Shown: positions 37,601-52,427 of the stretch, piece by piece | Position numbering within the stretch: position 1 is the first letter of the stretch | Layout: each line of letters opens with the position of its first letter | Source: the human T2T-CHM13v2.0 reference genome, Homo sapiens | Length of the DNA stretch: 64,000 bases | Strand: one strand, 5' to 3' | Assembly: GCF_009914755.1 (NCBI RefSeq) | Contig: NC_060932.1 | Notes under the pieces: model-generated | The model's database searches: none | What the model saw: only the letters and a program-made list of their open reading frames with translations | What the model was told of the DNA's origin: nothing | Program-made: the position numbers and the translations under genes

Positions 37601-37910
37601 ATACTAGTTTTGAGAAATGAACACTTTCAGTTCAAATTTGGTTTTTGTGAAAACAAAGTTCCAAAACATTTACAACTTTAAAAGAGTTTGTTGCAGCAGT
37701 GTTTTATTCCAATGATTGTTGACATCTCATTCACCAGTAATTAACTCAAATAATATATTTGGGGAGACAGAAAATCTTATTGTTTAATAGGCTCATGAGA
37801 AAACTGGAAAAGAAAACAGCAAGGTCTATTTCTCAAGCGGTTTCGTAAATTATCTGAGGAACAAGATTGCGCTTCAGTGCACCTCAATGGTTAAAGTAAG
37901 AAATCACTCT

Positions 37911-38205
37911 TTTTTTTTCGAGACGGAGTCTCGCTTTGCTGCCCAGGCTGGAGTGCAGTGGTGTGATCGTGGCTCACTGCAACTTCTGCCCCCCAATCAG
38001 GTTCAAGTGATCCTCCCACCTCAGCCTCCTAAGTAGCTGGGATTACAGGCTCTCAGCACAACATCCAGCTAATTTTTGTATTTTTAGTAGAGACGGGGTT
38101 TTGCCATGTTGGCCAGGCTGGTCTCAAACTCCTGGCCTCAAGTGATTCACCTGCCTCAGCCTCTCAAAGTGCTGGAATTACAGGCGTGAACCACTGTGCC
38201 CAGCC
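37911..38205 (-). mobile_element. AluS
   Basis: Full antisense Alu; TSD agaaatcactcttttt on both sides. Confidence 0.93.
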
Positions 38206-38228
38206 AGAAATCACTCTTTTTAAGTCAG

Positions 38229-38590
38229 TGTATTAGTCTGTTCTCATGCTGCTAATAAAGACATACCTGAGACTGGGTTATTTATAAAGGAAAGAGGTTT
38301 AATTGATTCACAGTTCTGCAGGGCTGGGGAGGCCTCAAAAGACTTAACAATCGTGGTGGAGGGAGAAACAAACACGTACTTTTTCACATGGTGACAGCAA
38401 GGAGAAGTGCTGAGCAAAAGGGGAGAAAGCCCCTTATAAGACCATCAGATTTCGTGAGAACTCACTCACTGTCATAAGAACAGCATGAGGGTAACTTCCC
38501 CCATGATTCAGTTACCTCCCACCACACGTGGGGATTATGGGAACTACAATCCAAGATGAGATTTGGTGGGGACACAGCAAAACCATGTCA
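38229..38590. mobile_element. THE1/MST MaLR solo LTR
   Basis: tgtattagtctgttctcatgctgctaataaagacatacctgagactggg...gatgagatttggtggggacacagcaaaaccatgtca. Confidence 0.9.
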
Positions 38591-40177
38591 ATCAGGAAAC
38601 CCACAAAAGTAAACAGGAGGACAATAGTCTATCGCTATTGACTGAAGGGTTTGTCTTTCAGTTTTAGTTTTGTAATTGTACTATTGAGCAGCAGTAGCCA
38701 TCAGCTGTGACTCAGAGGAGACTAGAAGTTTCTAAGATGACATCAGATGGTTTCGTCCTGCTTTGATGTAGAGCAGTAAGGCAGTCAAGCTCAAAGAAAT
38801 AATAGTAGCTATCATTGATTGAGGGCTTACTTTGTGCTCAGGGCAATGTTAATCGCTTATGTCTTAGTTAATTCTCTCCCAAACTCAGGGAGTAGGTATT
38901 ATTATTCCCCCATTTTACAGATGAGACCCGTGAGGCTAAGCAAATGTAAGTAATTTGTCTAAGTTACATAAGTGGCAAGTGTCAGAGGGAAGTTTTGAAC
39001 CCAGTCAGTTTGATTCTAGATTTTGTGCTTCGTATCCTTCCCTACACCACCAGCCACACCTCCTCCCATGGAGGTGAAGACAGGGAAGCTCAGAGCGGAG
39101 CTATAACTTGCACGAGCCCCACAGGCAAATGGTGCAGAGCCGGGACTAATGCCGGGTTCCTGGAGTCAAGCCCACACTGCATCATGGGAAGTGCCCCTGG
39201 CAGAGGCGCTGATGGTTATGGGATAGCCCAGGAACAGCGTGTCCTCATTGACTCTGCTTCAAGTTCAGTTTTTGGATGACTGGAGGGCCGGCGTGACCAG
39301 GCCCCCACTGGTCTGTGGCACTTTCTCAGCAGCAGAGCGACCCCCACCTGGAGAAGCAGCCCACTCAGACGCCCTTGGCACCATGGGTCTCTCCCACCCA
39401 CTGCTCGCCAGCCTCCATTTCCCACCTGTGCTCTTGTCTTTGGGTTCAAGAGGGAAAAACATCAAATTTGGATTCAATTCTCTTGAATAAGATGTTTAAA
39501 AGAAAACAAAACAACCAACCTTCAGGCTGCTCCAAGAGAGACATCCGTACCTGAATGCTAGATTTATCATAAGGAATCAAGTCTGATTCCATGATAACTG
39601 CCACTGATTTCAGAAAATCATTTCTTATGCTTTGGCTTTTTATGTATTAGTAATTGGAGAAAGTTTTTAGCAAGACTGTAGAGATGAGATGATACACTTT
39701 CACTGATATTGGCTTGGAAACTGTGTTTACTGAAATGGCTTAATATACCTTGGAAACTCCTTTCCGTGTCATCCTGTGTAGCCTGAAAACTTACAGTTAA
39801 TGGACCTTTCTGTGCCTCAGTTTCACCACATATAAAGTGAGGATAATCTCAGTGCTTGCCTCATGTTGTTGTTGGAAGGATCACGTGAACTAATGTTTGC
39901 AGAGTGTTTGGGGCTCATTAGGTGAGCCCTTAATAATTGTGAGCTCCTGGTATTTTCTCCTGAGCTCTAATGATGTTCAGATTCTTTTTTCTCCCGAGCT
40001 CTAATGATGTACATCATTCAGGAGTGAGTTATTTCCAAAATCTTGATTAAGAGATACATTAGAGGGGTGATGTGAAGTCAAATGGACTAAAATTCATGTC
40101 CTGGGCCACCCACTGACCTGCTGAGTGCCTCTGGGCAATTACTTAACCTCTCTCAGCCTTCATTTTCTCATCTGTTA

Positions 40178-40292
40178 AATAATAACAATAATATAAAATA
40201 ATAAAAATAATTTGTTAATAATAGTAGTAAAATAATAAATAATAATTTATTAATAATATTAATAAAATAATATATAATAAAATAATAATATT
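40178..40292. repeat. (TAA/AAT)-rich low-complexity tract within a MIR remnant
   Basis: Seen directly; flanked by MIR-like ggcaattacttaacctctctcagcc and tgccctcatagggctg. Confidence 0.8.
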
Positions 40293-41829
40293 GCCCTCAT
40301 AGGGCTGCAGAGACAATTAAATGATGGCATCTATACAGACCTTAGCACAAGTCTGGGCACCTAATAAGGGCCTAATAAATATTTTCATTAAGACTCTATT
40401 GAGCACATTTATAGGTTTTGTTAAAGAAAAAGCCAAGGTCCTATGTTCTTGTGAAGACTGCATCCTATTATAAGGCAAAAACAACAACAAAAAAAAAAGA
40501 ACCACTGCTTGAAAAAGCCCTGAATGCTTTCTCACTACTGCAGCTGGTTATGCAAGCTCACCTAAGCCCACAGAGTCTCAGAAGGCCACTCCCCAGTGCC
40601 ATTTATATTTTTACAATCACCATTCACACTAGGATGGCTCTTAAGACAAATGGAGTCCTGAGCCCTGGACACAAATAATGATTTGTCATAGTGTTACTTT
40701 TTATTCATGAATTATTCCGCTCCTCCTCCTCTGTCATCTTCTGTTCCCAAGGTTAATTCATTCCCTCATCAAGGATTTACTGAGCACTTCTTTGTGCCAC
40801 TCCCTGTGCAAGGCATTTGAGGAGCAGTGGCAGCCAAACTAAGGGGTTTGCTTCTGTGTTTTATAAACAGTCGGTGTTTAATAAATGATGGACGCTCTGT
40901 GTTTCTTTTTTTTTTAAATTTTAACTCGTGCACAGATATTCTCCAAAACGAAGTAAAGGGAGAAAGTTCATTTGTCAAAAATTAACCTAATTAAATATTT
41001 CCCTTCAGGGGGCTCTGTATTGGATAGATGGGAACGAAAAGAGTGGCAGTCGTGATGGGGCAAGAGAAAGAGACAAGGTTGAATCTGTCTACCACTGAGG
41101 GAGAGCTGGGGCTTTGCATGTGCCATCCCAATGTGTCCTTTCAACCATCCCGTGAAAGAGAGGTATGATTAATTACTCCTACTTTTTCAATAGAGAAACT
41201 GAGGCTCAGGAAGTTTACCTATCTTGCTCAACTGGTTCAAATCCAGCTCTTGTGACTTGAAAGCCTCTAACAAGCTCTTGATCATTCCCCTACAGGATGC
41301 TGCATCATGTAGAGAGAGAACGGAGAGAAAAGGGCCTGCCGTAGTTGGCCTGCATGCTGACATTGGGACCTGCTGCACCTGCGCGGGTCACTTGAGAGTG
41401 AGGCTCTACCCGCTCCCGTATTTCAGTCTGTACTCCTTCTCAGACAGCTCACAATGCTAGTGCCTGGGACCCAGGCCCACTGACCCTCTCCAGGCCCGCC
41501 TGACGCCCTCACCCTGTGCCTGGGCTCACTCCTCCTTCCCATTCTTGGCTTCCGTGCTTTTGCAGCTGTCAAAGGAGTTGGAACTACAAAGCATGGTGAA
41601 CTTCCCCATAGAAAGAGAAGAACAGTCGACTTTGGCAGTCTCTTGGTAGCGTATCATTTATTAACTCACTGCATGGCTGTTAACACAGTAATCATAGCTA
41701 GCACTTGTTGACCATACAGTCTGGGCTTCGTAATCCTCATGGTGTCCTTGTATATTGGGCTGACACCCTTATCATTCTCCTCTTATAAATGAAAAAATGG
41801 AGGCTTAGAAAAATCAATTAATTTACACA

Positions 41830-42381
41830 ATGAAAAGGAGCTCAGCCTCATTAGTGCTCAGGAAATGCAAATTCAAACTTCAATAAGATCCCTTTTACAT
41901 GGATCAGAATGGCAAAATTAGTAAATTGGACAATATCTGCTATTGATGAGAATGTGGGGCAACAGAAACTCGTACACTCTCTTAATGAGGGCATAACTCA
42001 CCACTTTGGAGGACAATTTGCCAGTATTTAAGTGAGGCGAGAAAGGGCCCACCTTAGGATTCACCAGTCCCACTCCCCTGTACTGAAGGCATGTGCCCTG
42101 GAGGAGCTGTCACATGTGTCCACGAGGAAACCGGCACAGAAATGCCTATGACAGTGTTGTTTGTGATAGCAAAAGAATGGAAACAATCTAAATGTTTATT
42201 AAACAAGAGAATACCAACATAGATTGTGGTATGGTTATTACCATGGAATCCTACATAGCAATAAAGTAAATAACCAGAGCTAGGCCTATGAAAACAACTC
42301 CCAAACATGTTGACTACAAAAAAGCAGGAATCAAGACAATACATACTATGTTGTGCATTTATAAGATTTAACCACATACAA
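41830..42381 (+). mobile_element. Ancient L1 (L1ME-like) 3' fragment
   Basis: ggaaatgcaaattcaaa...tgatgagaatgtggggcaacagaaactc...tggaaacaatctaaatgt. Confidence 0.65.
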
Positions 42382-42682
42382 CAGCAGTCCCCAACCTTTT
42401 TGGCACCAGGGACTGGTTTCATGGAAGACAATTTTTCTACAGACCGGGGGTTGGGAGGGATGGTTTCTGGATAAAACTATCCCATTTCAGATCCTCAGGC
42501 ATTAGATTCTCATAAGGAGCACATAACCTAGATCCCTTGCATGCACAGTTCACAATACGGTTCACACTATGAGAATCTAATGCTGCTGCTGATTTGAGGG
42601 AGGTGGAGCTCAGGCAGTAATGCTCGTCTGCTGCTCACCTCCTGCTGTGCACCAGTTCATGGCCCAAGGGTTGGAGACCCTG
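42382..42682. mobile_element. MER1B hAT-Charlie MITE with 8-bp TSD
   Basis: cagcagtccccaacctttttggcaccagggactggtttcatggaagacaa...ggttggagaccctg; ACATACAA at 42374-42381 and 42683-42690. Confidence 0.88.
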
Positions 42683-42695
42683 ACATACAAAACAA

Positions 42696-43177
<482 letters not shown>

Positions 43178-44919
43178 TGTATAAATGATGGACACTGGAA
43201 TAAAACAGCAGATCAGGACACTGGCTACCTTGGGGAAGGAAGGGGCAAATCAGAGGGAGAGAAACACAGGGGACTTCAACTGTATTGGTAAAGTTTTATT
43301 TTCCACACTGGGTGATAGGTTCAGAGATGTGGTCATGTTAATTTTGATGCTTTTTATATATTTCAATAATCTCATATTTTAGTTTTAAAAATTTCTGAAG
43401 GCCTCATCGTTAGTAAATAGAGGAGCGAAGTTTAGGCCCCACCATGAATACATGGTTCCCTCCCAATCCATCACAGTACCTAGGGGAGGAGGGAGGCAAT
43501 GGAAGGGGAATATGGAAAAAGAATGTTACTCATTCCACCTATTCTTTCTGCAGACCTTAAAAATGCAATTGTTTAGTGACAAATCTTTCATTGTATAGTG
43601 AGGCAGCCTTGAAAACTATGGTATTAAATATTAATAGCTTGAATCATGTTTTTCTGTTGCTTTATATTATTATTTAGACCTATCTTTCCATAAAAATATT
43701 GCGACAAAATCTAATAAAAGCAACAAAGGGATTTCCACATTCATTTCAAATGTCTTTATTGATGCAGAATCCTATAGCTATTTTATTCTCCCGAACAGAT
43801 CTATCAAATAGATAATGACCTGTGCTCTCCATTTAAAGCAGCCTTACATGAAAATGTTCTACAAAGTTTGTCCCTATTTTGTTGAGAGTTCTCACTAACT
43901 TTATGAATTTGAGAACTGAACAGGAACTCCTTCACTTCCTCCCTTATCTGAATATTAATAAATATCCATTGAATACCCATCAATTGCATGGTACTCTGCT
44001 AGATGCTGGTGAAATAATAGTGAACCAGACAGGCCCTGTCCTGAAGAAGCTTTCAGTTTCCTAGAGGAGACAGACAAGTAGAACAGCTATTATAAGGCAA
44101 CGAGATAAGGCACGGTGATGGGTGTATGCTGGGCCTCCTACGGAGGAGCATGTCAGATCTGGGTAAGGCTCTTAGTGGGGTGCTATTACAGCTAAATACC
44201 AAAGGATGAGTGGGAATTGACTTCTGGGTAAGAAAGCAATTTAAATATTTCTTTCGACAGGATTCAGTAGTCTTATTGTAGACTTTCCATTGTCAACCAA
44301 AGCAGAGAAGAGAAATAAATATTTTGAAGTATCTCTTAACCTGAGAAAAAAGAGCTGTAGTTTGATTGAACCAGAAGGATTTTCTTCAGATGCAGCTCAC
44401 CGTCCTTTCTCTTTGTGCTCAAAACAAATCACAATTGGGTAAACTGAATTTCTACTACCCTTTGTTAAATGTGCAAATATACTCCTAAGTGAGTATGCTG
44501 GGGGCAGATGCACCTGCAAGGAGAGCATAATCGCCCCAATTTTATTCCATCTTTTAAAAATCCCTCTTGACCTAGTTACCTAGGAGAAGAAATCTAAGCT
44601 TAGTTTCTCTGCACACACAGAAGGATCATACCATAGACTAGGAAGTGTGGGGGAAGGAAGGTATTAAGGCAGCCTCTTTCAGCCATGCTGATTCCATTTA
44701 ATTCCCTCAAATCTCGAATTCATCATTGTGATTGGATAATTTGCCTTGGACTTATTTTAAACTTGAGCATCTAATTTGATTAGGTGGGTTTTCCAAGACC
44801 AGATTTCCAAAAGTTGCTGAAGAGACGTGGCCAGGACTCATGCTCTCAAATGAAAACCAACCTCCTAGAATCCCAATCCCACTAGTTAGAAGGAGATACA
44901 AATAAATCAGATAATAAGG

Positions 44920-45334
44920 TATAAAATGAAGATCTCAATGTTTATTAATTACAATAAAAAGTAAAATCACAGAGCTATTTTAAAACTAATGTAACCATTT
45001 TTTTAAAAAAAGAAACTATTTAAACAAGAAAATGATTTTTAAAAATTCTAAGTAAGAAATCTAGTACAAGCAAAGATGACATTTTAAAGTATCATCAATG
45101 AATTTCCACACAGCCTTTCCATCACAATAATATAAATTTATACCTTCAATCTTATGCAGCAACAAAAACACAGTGAGAAAGACAGCAATTGCTTCTGAAA
45201 GAAAATCAAAGAAGCCTATAGTGGTGAATTTTTTCTAAAGGATCCTAGGGAGTTGAATAAGGCCTGCTTCTCCATGGGTTGACAATGTTTGGCTGTGAAG
45301 GGAATGGCAGCCTCCTTTCCTCTGATTTTTTTAC
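44920..45334 (-). other. DPYS: DPYS terminal non-coding exon (3'UTR; distal end approximate)
   Basis: - strand acceptor ttcattctcttcaaag|GTAAAAAAATCAG at 45334; AATAAA on the - strand at 44941-44946. Confidence 0.7.
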
Positions 45335-46688
45335 CTTTGAAGAGAATGAAAGGAACTCACTGTAACATTCTCCCTCACAAAGAGATGCAGAATTCAAACC
45401 TAACCCCCAAGAAATGCTATAATCAAAGTAAACACTAATCCTGCTCCTATAAATGTCATTAATAGCATGTTATAGCATTGAATCGCATTCCTTTCTCTTG
45501 CTAATCTTTCCCTGAATTTTTAACAAAATCATCCTAGATTAGAAGAATAATTCTGGTCGTCTGAAAATGACAAAAATGTTGAGACTTTGGGCTAGATAGT
45601 CCTGTTAAAGACACAACATTCAATAATGAAAGAACATGGCATGTAGCACAGAGGGCTTTGCCATTCAAGCCCTCATTATCCAAATCCCTGCAGGAACAGG
45701 ATTTATGCAGGGAATAAGAGGTTGTCAAAATGTGAAAAGGTGCAGTGCCTGAATATGTAGAAAACCAGACCGTTGTCAAACTGTGCCTCTCATTAACACA
45801 AATGTCTAACCAGGTCCATTAGGTCAACCTCTGGGGTTAAGTCTTGTGCAGATGGCCACGTGTTGAACTGTCTGAAAAGATATCACACGTTAAAAAAAAA
45901 TTAAGAGCCTAGCAAAATTGCAAAACTGGCAAAACATGTAGATTTCATGAAGTCAGTGGAAGTGATATTAGGGAGATGCTAAAATTACAGCAAAGCCGCT
46001 GTTAAATGAGGATCTGAGAGAGCAGGACCAGAAGACAACTGAAGAAAGAAAATTGACAAGGATGATGATACGAGGCACTTCAGAAAAGAAAGATCTGCAT
46101 GTCAAAAGACAGAGAAAACTGATGAAGTGCTCAAATACTTTTGCAAAAATGACTGTATCTGTAATATTATTCCCAAAACTAACTGTGAAATAATCAGATA
46201 CTATCAAAGAATTTTTCTGAAGGATTATATCCCCTAAAGCAACATTTTATTCATTTTTCATTTATTCTAAATTTTAGAACACCATTGTATTTACAATATG
46301 AAGATTCATTTCTCCAGATAAGGTCCTAATTCATTTGTAAATTTTGACCATGAAATTATACTCCCTGTCTTAAGTAGTTCCCTCTGTATGTTATCAGCCT
46401 CCTTAGTGCAACTTGCTCATAGTTGATTATCCAAGGCTGTATTGAATGTTTCCTAACATCTTAAAGAATGACTCTCTAGCAAGCCCAAGGCCTTCTACAA
46501 TCTGGAAGGCTTATCTAAATGTTCTGCTTTGATCAATCTTCCCTTGGCTCAATTGTCCTTGAGTCTTGGATCACTGTGAAGCCTCTGACCTTGATCTCTT
46601 CAACCCTTATGAGGAGAGATGCTAATTTCATATGCTGTCATGCAGGAAGACTTTTCTTGCCTACAGTCCCTTACCGATGGCACACACT

Positions 46689-46820
<132 letters not shown>

Positions 46821-47342
46821 TCATTTCTCTCTTGTGGTTTATTTTCTTGAGTTCAAAGTTAAGTGTAGCTCCCTTTATGAATTGCGAGAGCTTTAAAAAA
46901 AGAATCTTATAAATTTATCACGTGCCTCCCCATCCCCTTGGCCTTTCACAGAAATTCCTGGCAACCTTGAGAATCTGGATTGTCCCACTTTTTGTGGGTA
47001 TTAATCTGCCTCAGACAGAGGCCCAGGGACACTCACTGGGGCCTCTGCCATATCCTCACGCCCTTCTGAGTCCCACAACTGTCTCCTGCTGTCCTTTCCA
47101 ACATCCGACCTTTTCTTCTAGTTTCAGTCCTACTCACCTGAGTTTGCAGTGCTTCTTTGTACCTCTCCTAACACTCTCAGAGCAGTTGCTTCAGATTCTA
47201 GCAATTGGGTACGCTTTCCACTTTCCTGTCTCTGTGCATTATGGATCTTCCACAGAATCTCACCTCGTTGGTGACCGACTATGCAGCAGAACCCTCTGCT
47301 GGATTCAGCGAGAGCTGTCAGTGCTTGAGCAGAGTTTTGAAA

Positions 47343-47343
<1 letters not shown>

Positions 47344-47390
<47 letters not shown>

Positions 47391-47392
47391 AC
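47344..47392. repeat. (CA)n microsatellite
   Basis: About 20 uninterrupted CA units followed by TACACACA. Confidence 0.95.
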
Positions 47393-49105
47393 AGACAAAT
47401 AACAAATTATTGTGGGTCTCATTTTGACCACCCAAACTAATACATTGTAGTGATCAACAGTGTGACCTTTGAAGTGAGACAGATCTAAGTTAGAATTCTC
47501 CATTTGCCATTTACTACGCATAGGAAACTGACAAGTTAATTAATGCCTCCAGGCCTACTTCCTCATCCATGAAATGGGGGAAATAAACCTATCTCTCAGA
47601 TAGTGGAGAATTTCCAGAGCCAAAGCATTTTCTTCATTCATTCAGCAGATATTTACTGAGCTCACACAGCCCCAGAGAGTACACCAAACACCGAGGATCC
47701 AACACAGAACAAGGCCCACAGCTCCTGCAGCCACAGAACTTGAAGCACTGCATCGGGTGTGCACTGAGTGCTCAGGAAATGGGGGGACTCCTGCCCTTCC
47801 CTCACCAGGCCAAGCCTCTGCTCACTTTCTGTATCTGTCTAAATGCTTTGCTGGACTTCCATTTTGGCTCACTGTCTACTCAGTCTTTGAGCCCTGTTCT
47901 CATCTTGAGGAACACAGACACCAGGAAATGAAGGGCCAGCCTCCCATTTCTACCACCTTGGACCACCACATCTGAAACCTTAAACTCACTAATACCCCAC
48001 TCTCTGGCCACATCCTCCCTTTCAGGTCCTTGGTCCCTGTTTTTTTTTTTTTTTTTTCTTCTCCTGACTTGACTTTCCAAGCCAGACTGCCTGAATATCA
48101 CTTAAACCTAGGGTGACTGTACAATTTATCATCCAAAGTAGGACACTTCTTAGCATGAAAAGGGCACTAAACATAATTAACGTAAGTATAATCCAGGCCC
48201 GTCTGAGCAAACCAAGATTTATGTCCTTCTTTCAGCTCGTTCCTGCCTATCACCTAGAGGGCTTGACTTCTCTCTGCTCCTCTTGGCATTCATACTCAGC
48301 AAAGCCGATGGTATATTTCAGTTCAATCTTCAGGCTCTTTTGCAGTGAGTGCCTCTGGAGCATGTGACCTAACTGAGCAGACTTTTGTGCCGCCTACTGT
48401 GTGCTGTGCAGCCCTCCTCAGATCCCATTCCGTCTCCCTCTTCCTACACCACTTCCTTGAACCTACACTACTTGCACTTTTCAGCTGTTCATTTTTTGTC
48501 TGTCCTGGACTCCGTCTTGGGAACTGACTGCCCATGCCAGTGGCTCAGGTGGGGCCATCACACACAGGGCCTGTCCTCCTCACTCAGAACAGGGCTTGCT
48601 CTACAGCCTGCTCTATCACCTAGAGGATGCTTCCCCAGAACCCAGCTTGCAGGCTCTGGGAGCAGGCACCACCCAGGCCAGGCACATCAGAATCCTTCCT
48701 GGTAGCTTCCGGTCAGGGCCATGCTTTTGCATGGGCTGGGCTGCCGCTCTCATTTTTGTGTAATTATCTGACTTCTCTTTTATCACTCAGCTCAGCTAAT
48801 CATCAGTCTAGGAAGCTTTGGCCCTCTGTCCCCTATCCACTATCTTGCTTACCCCGGGTTTCTGGAATAATCTGTTCACTCGTCAGTCTCCCCCAGCAGA
48901 CAGAGGGCCGGTGTGCTGCTCTCTTTCTTCATAACAAGCACTCAATAGATATGGGTAGAAGGGATTTTTGGGGAGGGAGCTATGAAGGGGGCTTCCCATC
49001 TAAGCCTGCTTTCTTCTTTTTGTGGTTTGGCCTGGCGTGGGCTGACTCCGTTTCTGTCAGGCTCTTTTGTTGTGCTGCATCATTTATCTGTTCTCCAGGC
49101 TGTAC

Positions 49106-49401
49106 TTTTTTTTTTTTTCGAGACAGAGTTTCACTCCATCACCCAAGCTGGAGCACAGTGGCACAATGTTGGCTCACTGCAAACTCCACCTCCTATGTGC
49201 ACACGATTCTCATATCTCAGCCGCCCAAGTAGCTGGAATTACAGGCACACACCACCATGGCCAGCTAATTTTTGTATTTTTAGTAGAGACGGGATTTCGC
49301 CATCTTGGCCAGGCTGGTCTTGAACTCCTGACCTCAAGTCATCCACCTGCCTCAGTTTCCCAAAGTGCTGGGATTACAGGCGTGAGCCACTGAGCCTGGC
49401 C
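49106..49401 (-). mobile_element. AluS
   Basis: Antisense Alu; TSD ggctgtactttttt. Confidence 0.92.
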
Positions 49402-51091
49402 TGGGCTGTACTTTTTCTGTGGCTGGCTGTCTACAAACTGCTTTCTGGCTGTTCAGTCATGGAGCCAGCCATGTCTGGCTTGTCACCCTGGTCACGCTGA
49501 CCATCACATGTCTCTGACCCGACTGGCTGGGTCTAACCTGCACCCTCTCTCTCTCTTGCCTGCCTCTGAGGCTCTGGGTGGGCCAGGTCTGCTTTCCTCT
49601 CAGAATGGCCATGGATGGGAGCCACACCTGCGTGCACGGCCACCTCAGAAACAAGCAGCCTCCTGTCAGGAGTCCTGTGCTGTCTCACTCTCCACAGTCT
49701 TTCCTTTTGATAGATAAGTTGACAGAAATCAAAGACAACTTAAGTTCTACTCTCAAGCCTCTCAGCCCTTTTAACCTTTTAATATTTGCTCATCCTTAGA
49801 ATTGGGTTACATAAGCTCTATGATGGCTAGACTCATGCCTTCTTCATCTTTGTGCTGTCTGTCACTTCTGGCATTGTTCTCTGGGCATGTTTTAGGACAT
49901 CACTAGATGTTCACTGTGACAAAATGGAAAAGTGATGGCACTCCTTCTGCAGAATCTGAAACCATCACTGCTGTTATTCAGAAGTTCAGCTGCACATTTG
50001 TTTTCTAAGTAGACTTAACCTCCAACTCTTAGCAATCCTTGTCTTATTCCTTCTCTCTAATGACGATGGCAAACCTCTGTCCGAAGTAGGAACTGCCCAG
50101 CCTGACACAGACCCCAGCATATGGCAGAGCCATTGCTTAATGCATGTAGTTGACACTAGCAGTCAGGGTCAAAATAAAGTGAGCCTCTTTCTCTGGCATC
50201 CCAGATGAATATGGTGATAATAAAGACTCCATCCCTATTCTCCTGGCTAAAAGCATACCTAATTCTTACAGGACATTTATGCAGCATAAAACACATAGAA
50301 AAACCAGGATGAGGAAACAGAGTACTCTGGATTGAACAAAGACAGCAGGTTTCTTTTCTCGCCTTCTGGGACTCCATGTTCTCCTGATGGTCTTCCTGCA
50401 TCACTGGTCAGCCTTCTCAGACTCCACTGATGCTTGCTCTTCTCCTCCACCTCTGAAGGTTGGTGGGCCCAGAGCTCTATCTTAAGCCCCCTTTCTTCTC
50501 TAATATAGTTTCCTTGGTGACCTTAAGACTCACGGTTTTAAATCTATATGTTATGGCTCCCAAATTTTATCTCCAGCTTTGATGTCTCTTGATCTCCAGA
50601 CTCCTTTATCTCCTTTGTGCTCATTAGCTACAGCACAAAGAGGTGTAAAATTGCTCAAACACAACTATAACTTAAGCACCATGAACCACAGTTTGAAACA
50701 AGTAGAATATAAGCTCTTTGTGATCAGACTGGCTGTCTTATTAATGCCTATATCCTCAGCATCTAGAATGGTGCCTGGTGATCTACAAACATTTATTAAA
50801 TGAAGGGAGATTTCTTGACTATAGGACTTCTTGAAACTTTTTATGATATTGGGCAATTGTATCACCTGAGGGTAACATCATCTAAAATTATTTGACAACT
50901 TTCTCAAGGAATACTTCAAGAGACTCAAGTCCTGAGAACACACTGTTGGAAGGCTAATTTGATTATGGTATTTTTTCCCCCCAGTACATGCTGGTCAAGA
51001 TTAGATGATCACACCTTGACAGCAATTCTTTCCATCTTGATGGTATCACAATCAAATAAAATGGCTTGAGGGTAAAACCACATGAGAGGCT

Positions 51092-51485
51092 GTTGCTGTG
51101 GTTTGAATGTTTGTCCCCTCTCAAACTCATGTTAAAATTTAATTGCCATTGTAACAGTATTAAGAGGTGAGACTTTTGAGAGATGGTTAGGCCATGAGGG
51201 CTCTGCCTTTATGAATGGATTAATGCTGTTATCTTAGGAGTGCATTCCTTATAAAATGACAAGTTTGGCCCCTTTGGCTCTCTCCCTTCTTCTCTCTTTG
51301 CCCTTCTGCCATGTGATGCCTTCCTCCATGGGATGACACAGCAAGAAGGCCCTCTCTAGATGCCAGCGCCTCGTTCTTGGACTTCATAGCATCCTGAAAT
51401 GTCAGCCAATAAATGTCTGTTCATTATAAATTAACCAGCCTCAGATATTCTGTTATAGCAGCAAGCACAAAAAATAAGTAATACA
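51092..51485. mobile_element. MST-like MaLR solo LTR
   Basis: tgctgtggtttgaatgtttgtcccctc...ggccatgagggctctgcc...ggacttcatagc...aataaatgtctgttcattataaattaaccagcctcag. Confidence 0.8.
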
Positions 51486-51698
51486 AAAGACATAGGTGGC
51501 ACCTCACCTAGCAGGACATCGGTGGTTTACTTTGGTAAATGAGAATTGAACTTGAGTTCTCAGTATTTGATGATACTTGTCATTGTGACAAATTAATAGA
51601 GAGACAGAAATGAAAATTATATAATTTGTGGTTCTATAAATAAACATTAATTCCAATTATCATTACACTTTCATAACTGCAGAAATGCCTTTTGGTTA

Positions 51699-52058
<360 letters not shown>

Positions 52059-52110
52059 TTAATCATATTGACTGCTGAGGATGGAATGTGCTGGGATGCT
52101 AGATTTTCTT

Positions 52111-52427
52111 TTTTTTTTTCTTTTTATTTATTTATTTATTTTTTTGAGACAGAGCCTCACTCTGCTGCTCAGGCTAGAGTACAGTGGTACGATCTCAGCT
52201 CACTGCAACCTCCGCCTTCTGAGTTCAAATGATTCTTCTGCCTTAGCCTCCCAAGAAACTGGGATTATAGACATGCACTACCACTCACGGCTAATTTTTG
52301 CATTTTTAGTAGAAAGGGGGTTTCACCATGTTGGCCAGGCTAGTCTTGAACTCCTGACCTCAGGTGATCCACCCGCTTCAGCATCCCAAAGTGCTGGGAT
52401 TACAGGTGTGAGCCACCACGCCTGGCT
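52111..52427 (-). mobile_element. AluS
   Basis: Full antisense Alu; TSD ggatgctagattttct. Confidence 0.93.

Noticed and set aside
48627-49393. 201-aa, 113-aa and 108-aa ORFs
   Set aside because: They run into an antisense Alu (typical Alu-derived peptides), lie in a DPYS intron and show no homology I can recognise
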